The position numbers were made by a program, and so were the translations under genes. A DNA stretch of 64,000 nucleotides. It comes from Giardia intestinalis. Lineage: Eukaryota. The notes under the pieces are model-generated. The model saw only the letters and a program-made list of their open reading frames with translations, did not search any database and was not told the DNA's origin. Location of the stretch: the NCBI GenBank assembly GCA_000002435.2, contig CM018792.1; one strand, written 5' to 3'. Shown one piece after another: positions 1 through 9,787 of this stretch (position 1 is its first letter; each line of letters opens with the position of its first letter).

Positions 1-10
1 CTGTGCATTA

Positions 11-17
11 ATTTACT
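11..17 (-). promoter_or_regulatory. Candidate Giardia polyadenylation signal AGTAAAT (AGTRAAY) downstream of the ankyrin gene
   Basis: Plus strand has atttact at 11-17; its reverse complement is AGTAAAT, 3' of the stop at 103-105. Confidence 0.4.
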
Positions 18-102
18 CGCTAAAGGCCCGCTGGCCCATGATCACTGAGTACCTACAACCACTAGAGGGAGACCTTGTCAATCAAACATATACATGACTA
101 GA

Positions 103-2853
103 TCATTTAGCTCCTCTGTTCATCAGTGATGTTTCGTACCTTCCAACGCGCTCCTTCAGTGCGTTCACCTCTTCTCTGAGATATATAGTGTAGTCTGTCA
201 TACGCTCGTTCTCCTGCCGCTCAACCACCAGATCATTCAAAAGAAACTTGTTATTAATGAGGAACTGACGCACGGTGGGCGAGAGGGTGCTGAGATGTAT
301 GTATTTGTTGTATTTGGGCATGAACATGGCCAGTTGGTGGTGATCCACCATGATATCCTCAATGATCTCATGCATTGTAGATGAGCTTGAGCCATCTGTA
401 ACACTATCTTTTCCACTGCTCAAGCCATCGGCTGTACTCATAAGATTTTCACGTTTGATTGTTAATTGGGCAAGCTCATCCTTCAGGTCCTTTATATCGG
501 CCGCCAAATGTCTGTTTTCTACACTTTCTCCGCAGCAGCCTACTGATGTTGTAAGAGCAGAGCGGGAAAGAGGATCCGACGTGGCCCCTTGACGTGTGTC
601 ACGTACCGACGAGTCAAAACGGTCTACCTTTCTTTTCAGTTCGTTGTTTTCTCGTAAGAGAGCATCCACCTGTCTTTTGAACTCTTCTAACTCGCTCTTA
701 AGCTCTATGTTTTCTGTGTAATACTGAGCTGCCTTTAGCTCTACCTCTGCATTGCTCTTTTTAAGTTCGGTATAACGCTTCTCATATTCTTCTCGTTGCA
801 TGGTGGCTGTGCTGGTCGCAGTCTGCATTGTGGTCTCCTTAGACTTGAGGACGGCAAGTTTGTCCAACAACACCTGCTTGTCATCTTCCTCCTGTTGAAG
901 CTCTGCCCGTAGCTCACTGATTGTCTCCAGTAGTTTCATGTTATCTGCAGCGTAATTGTTGAGCAGCTGTTTTGTTGTTTTCAGCTGCTCTGCTATCTGC
1001 GATACAGTGTCATCCATTGGCAATCCCATGACTGATCCTACCCGTATGACCTCATTTCCTTGCCTACTGTCCTGAGAAGGAGCATCTCTTGGCATCTCCA
1101 CAGCGCGGGGCACCTCTCTCTTGGAGAATATACTGCTTGTTGACGGTATCACGGGCGGCTCGATGAAGGTTACCTCTGCCGCAGATGCCTGCAAAGGAAT
1201 ACTGTTGTTAGACTGGGAAGATGTATTCTCATACATTGCTGCGCCATAGGCTGTATTGTGCACTGCGTCGGCACTCGTACCTTGTCTCTTCCGTGTCAAG
1301 AATTTCCCTAGCTCGTCTCTATCTTTGTCTTCATTACTATTGATTCTAGACTCACTTGCAGTGGAGCCCTCTATATGCGCTGCGAACGGTCTGTTTGTAA
1401 GTAACCCCTCTGATGCATTGAGCATGCGTGAGGGCACTGCTCCGTTGAGTTTGTTTAAGATGCTATAAGTCTGTATGGAAGCCGAGGTAAATGGTTCATT
1501 ATGTGTCTGCGCAGTATCAGATAACTGCAGTGGGTCTATATTTGATACTAGAAACGATCCAGATACTGGCTTGCCTTCTGGCTCGTTGTTTAGATCGCTC
1601 CTACCGAGGGAACCTGCTAGCCTGTTGGACTGGATGCATGAAAGGGATGGTGACCAGACAGTTATCATATCTTGTGGAATACAGGCTTTTGGATACACCA
1701 CCGGGTTACGAAGGACGGAGAATTCGTGTCGCTTCTTCACTGAGAGAAGATTATCCATCTCTGATGCGCGAGAATAGTCCTCAGCTTCATACACTCGCTC
1801 GAGGTTAATTGATGGAGCATCGGATTGGGGCAGCTGCAGATTTTCGTCTGCAGTGCGAAGGACTTCGACGATACTCTGGAAGCTGCTTGCCTTGGCCATG
1901 TCAATCGCTCTCATGCCCGCTGTAAATGGAGGAACATCTTCGACGATGTGCATGTCCGCCTCTAGAGGCGCCAAAAGCTGTACAATCTCTGTGTGGCCAT
2001 TTACAGCCGCATACATCAGGGCAGTAAGCCCCTTGCTCGTCATCATGCGCTTTTCGCTCTCCACCAGGAGGGAGCATACCTTTGTATAGCCCTTCTCTGC
2101 AGCTATCATGAGGGCCGTCTTTCCGTCCACTGAGACTGTCTTGCAGCCGGCTTCCTTTGTTGTATAGTTAAGTAAGGCTTCCACAGCCAAGCCGTTATTA
2201 GCTTCTGTGGCGTAAATCAACGCAGTCTTTCCATGGTAATCAGTTGCACCCTCGTTCAGGGGACCTAACAGCTCTATTATCCGTGTTAACTCTAGTGCAT
2301 CATTGGCGGGTGCAGACGGCCCCAGAGCTAGATGCATAACGCAGTACATGAGAGGCGTTCGATTGTACGTGTCAACACGTGTGGCTGCGGCAGAAAGATG
2401 TTCACGGGCATCCTTACTGTTATGGGTGAGTGCGGCAAGAAAAAGAGGGTTCCAGTTGCTAACCTTGGCCTCATGCTCATACAATATCTTGACGACCTCT
2501 AGGTGCCCCTTGGTGGCTGCCACAAGTAGTGCAGTAGTCCCGACCCTGTAATGGTTTGTGGGCCGTATTGTCTGCATTCCCTTCTCGTGCACGACAAGAA
2601 GTCTTACCAACGCAACCTGATTGGTTTCTGCGGCTGTCATGAGTGCTGTCCAGCCAGTTCTTGTTGTAGTCCGCGCTTCACTGTCAAGGAGTAGCCGTAC
2701 CATTCGCATGTGCCCAGCCGCAGTTGCTTGCATTAGGCCGGTGTAATAGGGGTAGTTAGAGTCTGTAGTCTTTGAGTACTCATGCAAGTGCGCCTCCACG
2801 AACTCTAGGTCATTGCTTTTGATAGCTTGGAACCATTGCTTTATAGTAGACAT
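103..2853 (-). CDS. Ankyrin-repeat plus C-terminal coiled-coil protein (Giardia 'protein 21.1'-like)
   Basis: Long ORF (track 103..2889 starts at GTG; first in-frame ATG at 2851-2853, MSTIKQWF...). The N-terminal half has repeated ankyrin-like units (TALMxAA..GH..vV.lLL). The C-terminal ~250 aa are heptad-rich coiled coil (EEDDKQVLLDKLAVLKSKE..., ELKSELEEFKRQVDALLRENNELKRKVD). There is an A/T-rich stretch immediately 5' of the ATG (AAAATTCAAAATTCG-ATG). AGTAAAT (AGTRAAY) lies ~85 nt 3' of the stop on the minus strand (plus-strand 11-17). Confidence 0.8.
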   Translation of the reverse strand: MSTIKQWFQAIKSNDLEFVEAHLHEYSKTTDSNYPYYTGLMQATAAGHMRMVRLLLDSEARTTTRTGWTALMTAAETNQVALVRLLVVHEKGMQTIRPTNHYRVGTTALLVAATKGHLEVVKILYEHEAKVSNWNPLFLAALTHNSKDAREHLSAAATRVDTYNRTPLMYCVMHLALGPSAPANDALELTRIIELLGPLNEGATDYHGKTALIYATEANNGLAVEALLNYTTKEAGCKTVSVDGKTALMIAAEKGYTKVCSLLVESEKRMMTSKGLTALMYAAVNGHTEIVQLLAPLEADMHIVEDVPPFTAGMRAIDMAKASSFQSIVEVLRTADENLQLPQSDAPSINLERVYEAEDYSRASEMDNLLSVKKRHEFSVLRNPVVYPKACIPQDMITVWSPSLSCIQSNRLAGSLGRSDLNNEPEGKPVSGSFLVSNIDPLQLSDTAQTHNEPFTSASIQTYSILNKLNGAVPSRMLNASEGLLTNRPFAAHIEGSTASESRINSNEDKDRDELGKFLTRKRQGTSADAVHNTAYGAAMYENTSSQSNNSIPLQASAAEVTFIEPPVIPSTSSIFSKREVPRAVEMPRDAPSQDSRQGNEVIRVGSVMGLPMDDTVSQIAEQLKTTKQLLNNYAADNMKLLETISELRAELQQEEDDKQVLLDKLAVLKSKETTMQTATSTATMQREEYEKRYTELKKSNAEVELKAAQYYTENIELKSELEEFKRQVDALLRENNELKRKVDRFDSSVRDTRQGATSDPLSRSALTTSVGCCGESVENRHLAADIKDLKDELAQLTIKRENLMSTADGLSSGKDSVTDGSSSSTMHEIIEDIMVDHHQLAMFMPKYNKYIHLSTLSPTVRQFLINNKFLLNDLVVERQENERMTDYTIYLREEVNALKERVGRYETSLMNRGAK

Positions 2854-3166
2854 CGAATTTTGAATTTTGCCTCTCTCAGTTGCATTCACAAGAGGGGTAT
2901 ACCCACCGAAGTCTTCTAATTATGAGGATGTCGTCATTAGGTACACACATCTACTATTCAGCTTCAGGCAGTAGCGACAACGAGCTCAAAATTAGCTTAA
3001 AAGCTCAAAGGTATTGAGTCCACTCCCGCAAATCCTCGCCAAAAATAAATTAAAGTGCAACTGAACGGACTCTAGGTTGGCAACGACGTGTTACTAGCTT
3101 GCTACCAACTACGGCACCCTCTATCTTTCAGCAAGGTAATACACCCTCTACCGCACGCTTGAGGAC

Positions 3167-5857
3167 ATGAATCGCGTTATTCTTTGCGTCACTGAAAAGA
3201 ACTCTGTAGCTGCCGAGGTCTCCAACGTTCTCTCTAAGGGCTCCTACTCAAAGAAGCAATTGGTGCAGTATTTTAATGAGTACAAGTTCACACATTCTGA
3301 GGAGGAGCACGGCCCTGCTCAACAGTATGTTGTGGTGCATGCCCAGGGGCATATGCTTGAGTTAGAACCCGATGAAGGATATGAGTGGGGAAAGTGTTCC
3401 CCAAGTGACCTCTTCACCTGCGGGGTGCACTTTAAGGCAAACGCTGTCTTCAAGAAACATGTCCTACGGCCTAATGCAGCGGAAACGAACGTCCTCGTTC
3501 TTATGCTTGATGCTGATCGGGAAGGAGAGAACATTGGATATGACATTATAGAGATCTTCTGTTCTGTTCTTCCCGCCGACACTCTACTGGACATCCGTCC
3601 AGCTAGACTCCCCAAGATTCGCAGCCCAACTGAGCACACACTGCGACACATCCTGGCTGCTGATCACGTGCCTTCACAGACCTCCGTGAAACGTACCATT
3701 ATCGTCAAGCGGGCCCGCTTTTTCGGTCTGACTTATCCAGAGCTAACATCGGCTGTATACAATGCAGGCCCCATCGACATGAATGTGGTTGACGCCGTTG
3801 ATGTTCGCCAATTCACTGATCTGCGTCTAGGATACTCCATAACCAGGCTTCAAACAGATAAGTTGCGCTCTTCCTTTATCGACTATCGCACAGGCGCATT
3901 CAAGGCGAAGAAGCCTATATCCTTTGGCCCGTGCCAGGTACCAACCTTGGGGCTGGTTCATTCTAACGATCTTCTGTCTCTTAAAAACCATCAAAGCAGC
4001 TCCTTTACTTTGCATCTTGTTTGTGATCCTCGCCCTCTGCAGACACACAGTGGTAGTGTCTTCAAGGGTCTGGCAGATGCATTAAAACGGTGGGATAGCA
4101 AGCATAGAAACCGAGAAAAAGATGATTTACAAGGTCTTGTCTTTTCCCCTATTGACACTTCACACTTCAAGTCGTACCTCGGATCCCTTCCCGTGCTGAA
4201 ATTAGTATTTGATACCCTACAGAACCAGAAGCGTATTGTAGTGGTATCGGATGTAGAGGAGAAGCCTTACACAGTACCCAGGCCACACCCGGTCTCTACA
4301 CTGGACATGCAGCGTGCACTCAGTGAAAGCCTCTCATCCCAAAGTGTAATGACTATTGCAGAATCACTCTACACTCGTGGCCTCATCTCTTATCCGCGCA
4401 CAGAAACCAAATCATACCCCAATACCTATAACCTTTCATATTTTAAGCAACTAGTAGATAAATTGGCACACATGCCACCAAATGTATCTCCACTCTGCGC
4501 CCTCCTTGCTGACTATGCACAAGTCCTCCTCGATGATTCTCCGGGGAATCCATATACACTGCAGCTTCCTCGATCCAACTCTGCATCTACCGATAATGCT
4601 CATCTTCCAATCCACCCCCTCGCATGCCCGTCTCGGCCCTTAGATAAGGATGAGGAGCTAGTCTATGGTTACATCACTCGCTCTTTCCTAGCATCCGTCT
4701 CACCGGATGCTCGAGGAACGCGTATGACCATGCGCACACGTCTAGACAAGTGCGAGTTTGTAGCTACTCAGAACAGCCTTACATTTGACGGGTTCAAAAG
4801 AATCCTTCGGAAGTCACTTGAAGAAGCAGGACACCTTTCTTCCTCAGCTAGCTCTCCGGCCTCTATTGAATCTTCTTCTAGCATTGTAGTTGGGTCAAAG
4901 CTCCTGGTTCTGCAGGCACCATACAAACAATTTTTTGGGACCCAGGACTTGCACATTATCAATCCAACAGCAAATGATGAGAGCGAATTGTTGGCCTCAT
5001 CTATAGTGTGGGATGGGGATGCCCAGTCTCTCGTAATAGATATTGATAGTAGCGACGAATCTGAGCAAATACACGCAGAGGAGAATGTGCACCCACCAGA
5101 GCCAGTGATGGTAAATGACAGGGAGGACCCCAGCAATAGTACTTCTCAATTCTCTACAGAGCTTGTGCCTCTCCCCATGAAGGAAAGCGCCCTTCTGCTC
5201 GCAATGGATCAGCACGGTATAGGCACCGATGCAACTATGTCTGACCACATTGCGCTGATCACTGATCGAGAGTACATCAATTCTAAGAAGCAGGTGGTGT
5301 CGCTGGGCGCTGAGCTGCTACAATTTTACAAACAGACCCCAATGGGCGTGCAGGCTCTCTCGTGCTCATACCGTAGTATGCTAGAGCACGGCATGCATCT
5401 TATTTGCGAGGGTCAGATAGATTGCAAAAGCGTGCATGACGATTGCATCAGGTGGGGGATGAAGCTCTACGATAGTATCGATAGATTGCAAGTTATTAAA
5501 GTAGGTGGGTATGGAGGGTACCGTATGCTGAACGAAAAGCCTAAGAAGACAACGATTAAGAGAAAATATCACTCGGCTACTGACGGGACTGCTTTGGTGT
5601 CAAAGCGTCGCCAAAAGGAGGCGCAGCCCGTACGAGTTCGCGGCACATTCACATGTTGTGGTGAGCGATGTTCAAGGAATTCGCTTGCCGGGTCATGTGC
5701 TGCATGCGGCAAGGCCTTTCAGATTCCTAGGACAGATGGGGTGATCGTTGTTCTGAATGAAGAGTGTGACAATTGTGGTTTATCCTTAGCAACGATCACA
5801 CAGCGCAGCGAACGGATCGTACGAATCTGTGTGCGATGCAGGACGGACCCGCTCTAA
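3167..5857 (+). CDS. DNA topoisomerase III (type IA)
   Basis: 896-aa ORF with ATG at 3167. It has the N-terminal TOPRIM region (VILCVTEKNSVAAEV; LVLMLDADREGENIGYDI) and the type-IA active-site tyrosine context SLYTRGLISYPRTETKSYP, which is very close to human TOP3 'LYTQGYISYPRTET'. The C-terminus carries Cys4-type zinc-ribbon-like motifs (CCGERCSRNSLAGSCAACG ... CDNCG). Confidence 0.88.
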   Translation: MNRVILCVTEKNSVAAEVSNVLSKGSYSKKQLVQYFNEYKFTHSEEEHGPAQQYVVVHAQGHMLELEPDEGYEWGKCSPSDLFTCGVHFKANAVFKKHVLRPNAAETNVLVLMLDADREGENIGYDIIEIFCSVLPADTLLDIRPARLPKIRSPTEHTLRHILAADHVPSQTSVKRTIIVKRARFFGLTYPELTSAVYNAGPIDMNVVDAVDVRQFTDLRLGYSITRLQTDKLRSSFIDYRTGAFKAKKPISFGPCQVPTLGLVHSNDLLSLKNHQSSSFTLHLVCDPRPLQTHSGSVFKGLADALKRWDSKHRNREKDDLQGLVFSPIDTSHFKSYLGSLPVLKLVFDTLQNQKRIVVVSDVEEKPYTVPRPHPVSTLDMQRALSESLSSQSVMTIAESLYTRGLISYPRTETKSYPNTYNLSYFKQLVDKLAHMPPNVSPLCALLADYAQVLLDDSPGNPYTLQLPRSNSASTDNAHLPIHPLACPSRPLDKDEELVYGYITRSFLASVSPDARGTRMTMRTRLDKCEFVATQNSLTFDGFKRILRKSLEEAGHLSSSASSPASIESSSSIVVGSKLLVLQAPYKQFFGTQDLHIINPTANDESELLASSIVWDGDAQSLVIDIDSSDESEQIHAEENVHPPEPVMVNDREDPSNSTSQFSTELVPLPMKESALLLAMDQHGIGTDATMSDHIALITDREYINSKKQVVSLGAELLQFYKQTPMGVQALSCSYRSMLEHGMHLICEGQIDCKSVHDDCIRWGMKLYDSIDRLQVIKVGGYGGYRMLNEKPKKTTIKRKYHSATDGTALVSKRRQKEAQPVRVRGTFTCCGERCSRNSLAGSCAACGKAFQIPRTDGVIVVLNEECDNCGLSLATITQRSERIVRICVRCRTDPL

Positions 5858-5876
5858 ATCAAAAAACGTTTGTGGA

Positions 5877-7088
5877 ATGCCGCCCATAAAATACAGGATT
5901 GACTGTGAGAAGTACGCCGTAATATCAAATTTTGAGAAACGGGGATGGCAAAGAACAAGCGGAAGTGATTGGAATATTTATTGGGCCCCTGTAGCGGTTG
6001 TGCAGAAAATGTTCGCTATAGGCTCTAAAAGCAGACCCACAGATGCACAAATAGTCAATCACTTTCCCAACCACTACGAACTCACTCGAAAAGACCTGAT
6101 TGTTCGCAATATGCGGAAGTACCGGAAGGATCTCGAGGCGAAAAATTCGATATTCTGCAGACCAGACCCCGAGACAGGAAAGGCATACATAGATTTTATA
6201 CCATTGACCTACTTGCTTCCTAGCGAAAGCACCATGTTTGCCGAAGAACTCAAAGGAAACAAGAAGACACCATTCATATTGAAGCCGGCCGGCTCTGCAC
6301 AAGGGCGGGGGATCGAGCTTATCTCTCGGATGGCCCAGTTCAAGAAGTGGCAGGTGTCTCAGGCCAATTCTAGGACGATATACCTGGCGTCTAAATATAT
6401 CAATCGGCCCCTTCTGGTGGGGAATAAGAAGTTTGACATTCGTATGTACGTCCTGGTCACGTCCTACAGCCCCCTCAAGGCCTACATTTATCAGCATGCA
6501 TTCTGCAGATTCTGCACCGTGGAGTATTCTCTAGACCCGGGTGATCTATCTAATCCATTTGTCCACCTTACCAATGTGGCCGTTCAAAAGCATGGAGAAG
6601 CGTACAATAGTAGGCATGGCGGTAAGTGGGACATTGAAAATCTGAAGTTGTATATTTCTGCGCATTACGGCTATGAAGCCGTTAACAAGTGTTTTGAGAA
6701 GATTCTGTTCACCCTCATACACTCACTGAAGGCCGTGCAATCGTCAATGGTCTTTAGCAAGTCGTCGTTTGAATGCTATGGATATGACATCCTCATAGAT
6801 GAAAGACTCCATCCATGGCTTCTGGAAGTCAACGCAAGCCCGTCCCTCACGTGCTCCACAGACGCAGATAGACTCATGAAGTGCAAGCTTCTGGATGATG
6901 TCTTGAAGATCATCATCCCTCGGAACTTTCCACCCCCAGAAGGATCCAGCAATAACGCCAAACGGACAGTCAACGTCGAAGATGTGGAGGACACGGGAGA
7001 CTTTAGCCTACTCATAGATGAATTCAAGAACCCCAACGCAGCCAACGAGGGTTGGATATACTGCTCTGGTGCCCTCTCAAGTAAGTAA
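5877..7088 (+). CDS. Tubulin-tyrosine-ligase-like (TTL/TTLL family) protein
   Basis: The track ORF 5829..7088 starts at GTG and overlaps the topoisomerase 3' end; the first in-frame ATG is 5877 (MPPIKYRID...), preceded by an A-rich stretch. TTL-domain motifs are present: FILKPAGSAQGRGIELI, KFDIRMYVLVTS, HLTNVAVQK, YDILIDERLHPWLLEVNASPSL. Confidence 0.78.
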   Translation: MPPIKYRIDCEKYAVISNFEKRGWQRTSGSDWNIYWAPVAVVQKMFAIGSKSRPTDAQIVNHFPNHYELTRKDLIVRNMRKYRKDLEAKNSIFCRPDPETGKAYIDFIPLTYLLPSESTMFAEELKGNKKTPFILKPAGSAQGRGIELISRMAQFKKWQVSQANSRTIYLASKYINRPLLVGNKKFDIRMYVLVTSYSPLKAYIYQHAFCRFCTVEYSLDPGDLSNPFVHLTNVAVQKHGEAYNSRHGGKWDIENLKLYISAHYGYEAVNKCFEKILFTLIHSLKAVQSSMVFSKSSFECYGYDILIDERLHPWLLEVNASPSLTCSTDADRLMKCKLLDDVLKIIIPRNFPPPEGSSNNAKRTVNVEDVEDTGDFSLLIDEFKNPNAANEGWIYCSGALSSK

Positions 7089-7263
7089 CAAGTTGGTCTT
7101 CTCCACTTCTCAATGGCTACCGCTCCGGTTGCTGCTTGGAAGTGTTGTGAAGATGCTTGTCACAAGGTGATGAGGTGCGATAGTGAAGAGATGCTGGTGC
7201 TCGTCTTACTTTGAAGCCCATTGGCCTCTGTGAGCAGAGTAAACAGAAAGATGATCTAAAATT

Positions 7264-7476
7264 ATGGCGGAGTCTAGCGAGGTGACCGAACTCAAAGAGC
7301 TTGCAGACCACTATCTGACTCTTCAGGAGAACTGTAAGGCAAGTAGCCAGGCAGATCTTGCGAGGGCCGTATACTGGACCAAGCTGGGGACGTTTTATGA
7401 AGAGCTGGCGGCAGACAGCTTGCGGAGGGCAGACCGACTCGAAAAGCTCCTTGCCAACGAGGACGTCGATGCGTGA
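7264..7476 (+). CDS. Small hypothetical protein (70 aa, predicted helical/acidic)
   Basis: ATG at 7264 is preceded by an A/T-rich stretch (gatctaaaattATG), typical of Giardia starts. It sits in a 470-bp gap between two converging genes. I see no recognisable domain, and the call rests on the ORF plus start context only. Confidence 0.35.
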   Translation: MAESSEVTELKELADHYLTLQENCKASSQADLARAVYWTKLGTFYEELAADSLRRADRLEKLLANEDVDA

Positions 7477-7555
7477 TTTACTCTCCGTTAGTGAGCCACG
7501 TTTGGCAGTGTGTACGCGGCTATCACTCTAAATCGAATCGCTCGACCAGATGAAA

Positions 7556-8812
7556 CTAAGCGAAACTATACGCTTGGAATGTTCCGTCTGTGCTCCCAAT
7601 GTAGACACGCTCATGACAAACGTAGAGCACCGTCACATAGGTCCCATCGTAGCATAGCAGCAGGCGCTTTTTCTCTCCCCGAGGGTTCGCGATATACAGG
7701 CCCTGAACAGCACCCAAGTCTCGCGTGCACTCGCATCCATGGTAGATCCAGACACCGAACCATGGAACCCAGTAAACAGGCACGTCCTGTGTCTTCTGGA
7801 GGCATTGAGCTGTGAATTCCTCTGTTAGAGAGTTTATGATCCGGAGATTCGTCCCACTGGAAAACGCTAGGTAATCTCCCGAAGTAGTGACTGCGAGCTG
7901 GGATGTCGGGAGGTCTTTGACGGTTGTCGACATGAGGTAGCGATAAATCTCGCGACTGCCCAGATTAATGGCTAAAAGAGGAGCTCCCTCTTGCTGGATA
8001 TAGAGGTAAGACCCCGTGACCTCCATGAATTGAATGGGTGATGAGTGCGGAAGTCGCAGCTTGAGGCTTGCTCGCTTTTCTAGCTCATTGGCAGATGTTA
8101 CTTCCTGAGACGTTTGCAGTGTCAAGACCTTAATGTACAAGATGCTCTTTGGACCCAGCATGGTCGCAATGAGATGCTCTCCTGACAAACGTATGTCCTT
8201 CACATTTTCTGCAGACAACTTGACGATGCAGTCTAGGGTCGTTCCCGTGTAACAGAATACTCTGAAGCACCCTTGTACTTTGCTTACTGCCCTGCCACTA
8301 CCAGTTGGCTTCTCCCCAGCAGGTTCATAAGCAAGAATCACATCAGAAACATCATCGTACTCCACGTAACCCGGCCGCACAATTCGCCCAATATTGAGCG
8401 TGCACATGAGCGGTCTCTCTATAGCATCTAGGCACTCCTGCTCCGAAGCAGCATGAATGTGTAAACAACTGCAATCGTCACTCAGCGCAACGCTGGCAGA
8501 GATATACGATCGGGATCTTCTGCTGTACCATATGCACTTTACAGCAAACTCGTCTCCTGGATTAATGGTGCAGAGATATCGGCCCTCAGCGGAGAATACG
8601 CTCGTGGTTCCCGCGTAGGTCAGGGCTGCAACGGTGGACTCTCCTGCAACGATTTCCTTGACACCCGATCGTGCAGGGAGTAGCCCTACCGTGGAGTCAG
8701 CAGGGGCTTCGAAGCAGTCTGCATAGAAGATGTGTTTAAGACCTATGGATGTGAACAAGCGCGGCGCAGTCACTGGTTCCAGATTACATGTTAGACAATT
8801 AGGCTGCAGCAT
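7556..8812 (-). CDS. Hypothetical protein (418 aa)
   Basis: Clean 418-aa ORF with the start codon at 8810-8812 (plus-strand cat = ATG on the minus strand). It is packed tightly between neighbours. Predicted beta-rich; I cannot assign a family from the sequence. Confidence 0.6.
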   Translation of the reverse strand: MLQPNCLTCNLEPVTAPRLFTSIGLKHIFYADCFEAPADSTVGLLPARSGVKEIVAGESTVAALTYAGTTSVFSAEGRYLCTINPGDEFAVKCIWYSRRSRSYISASVALSDDCSCLHIHAASEQECLDAIERPLMCTLNIGRIVRPGYVEYDDVSDVILAYEPAGEKPTGSGRAVSKVQGCFRVFCYTGTTLDCIVKLSAENVKDIRLSGEHLIATMLGPKSILYIKVLTLQTSQEVTSANELEKRASLKLRLPHSSPIQFMEVTGSYLYIQQEGAPLLAINLGSREIYRYLMSTTVKDLPTSQLAVTTSGDYLAFSSGTNLRIINSLTEEFTAQCLQKTQDVPVYWVPWFGVWIYHGCECTRDLGAVQGLYIANPRGEKKRLLLCYDGTYVTVLYVCHERVYIGSTDGTFQAYSFA

Positions 8813-9047
8813 TACATAACTTTACTAGCACAGAAGCATCGTACCCCCGCAGGCAAAGGCGAAGCAGGCCCCCACTCGAGTCCCAAGATGTCTTGAATAA
8901 ATGTGTGCCGAACCAGAGGTGGACCTTGGCTGTCCAACTGGCACGGCCTGCTATCCCAACAAAGCATAACACCGATCTAGTGGTGAGGACCGATGGTAGT
9001 AATATTGGTTTTTATACAGTACACTTTTGCTTGAAGCGACAATTAAA

Positions 9048-9782
9048 ATGTCTCGTTTTGACTCTCGCACGACTCTTTTTTCGCAGGACGGCCGTCTCCT
9101 GCAGGTTGAGTACGCGATAAAGGCAGTAACGATTGCCGCGCCGTGCCTCGCAATCCTGGCCCAAGACGGGATTGTCTTTGTCGCCCAGAAGAAGCTGCCA
9201 TCGAAACTCAGCGATCAGCAGACAAGCGAAAAGATTTACAAGATCGATTCCCACATTGTGTGCGCTGTTTCTGGGCTAACCTCCGATGCCAATATCCTTA
9301 TCGACGAGGCCAGAACCTACAGTCAAAAATGGCTAGCAGTCTATGACGAACCTATTCCCGTCGAAGTTCTAGTTCAATATATTTCGGATGTCAAACAGAA
9401 CTACACGCACCACGGAGGACTGCGTCCATATGGCGTCTCCTTCCTTTTTGGGGGCTGGGATGCCCACCTTGGGTTCCAATTGTACCAGACAGATCCCAGT
9501 GGGAATTATTCTGCGTGGGTTGCAACAAGCATAGGAGGGTCCGCTCCGGAAATAGCATCAGCTCTGAAGCAGAACATTGCAGATAGCAGTCAAAAGATTC
9601 TACTAAAGGAGGCCCAGCAATACGCTGTTTCTGCGTTAATTAAGACTACAGACATAACCAAGGTATCATCTGACAAAATGGAGATCCTTACGGTGGTGAA
9701 GGGCGAGAGTGGAGACATTCTTGCAAAGTACGTCTCTAATGCAGAGGTCGACGCCATCTGTCGACAACTGCAGGATAAGTGA
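9048..9782 (+). CDS. 20S proteasome subunit alpha type-4 (alpha3)
   Basis: The track ORF starts at TTG 9027; the real ATG is 9048 (MSRFDSRTTLFSQDGRLLQVEYAIKAV). This N-terminus matches the alpha-subunit signature and is closest to PSMA4 ([28 protein letters not shown]). Confidence 0.88.
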   Translation: MSRFDSRTTLFSQDGRLLQVEYAIKAVTIAAPCLAILAQDGIVFVAQKKLPSKLSDQQTSEKIYKIDSHIVCAVSGLTSDANILIDEARTYSQKWLAVYDEPIPVEVLVQYISDVKQNYTHHGGLRPYGVSFLFGGWDAHLGFQLYQTDPSGNYSAWVATSIGGSAPEIASALKQNIADSSQKILLKEAQQYAVSALIKTTDITKVSSDKMEILTVVKGESGDILAKYVSNAEVDAICRQLQDK

Positions 9783-9787
9783 ACGCA

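Noticed and set aside
5829-5876. Track start of the TTL-like ORF at 5829, overlapping the last 29 nt of the topoisomerase III gene
   Set aside because: 5829 is a GTG rendered as M by the ORF track. The first in-frame ATG is 5877, after the topoisomerase stop, preceded by an A-rich stretch. The same correction was applied to the ORFs starting at 2889, 9027, 13768, 42568 and 59120.
7510-7815. 101-aa plus-strand ORF and 64-aa minus-strand ORF overlapping the 3' end of the hypothetical gene 7556..8812
   Set aside because: They sit inside or opposite a longer, better-supported CDS. They are Arg/His/Ser-rich low-complexity translations typical of antisense frames.
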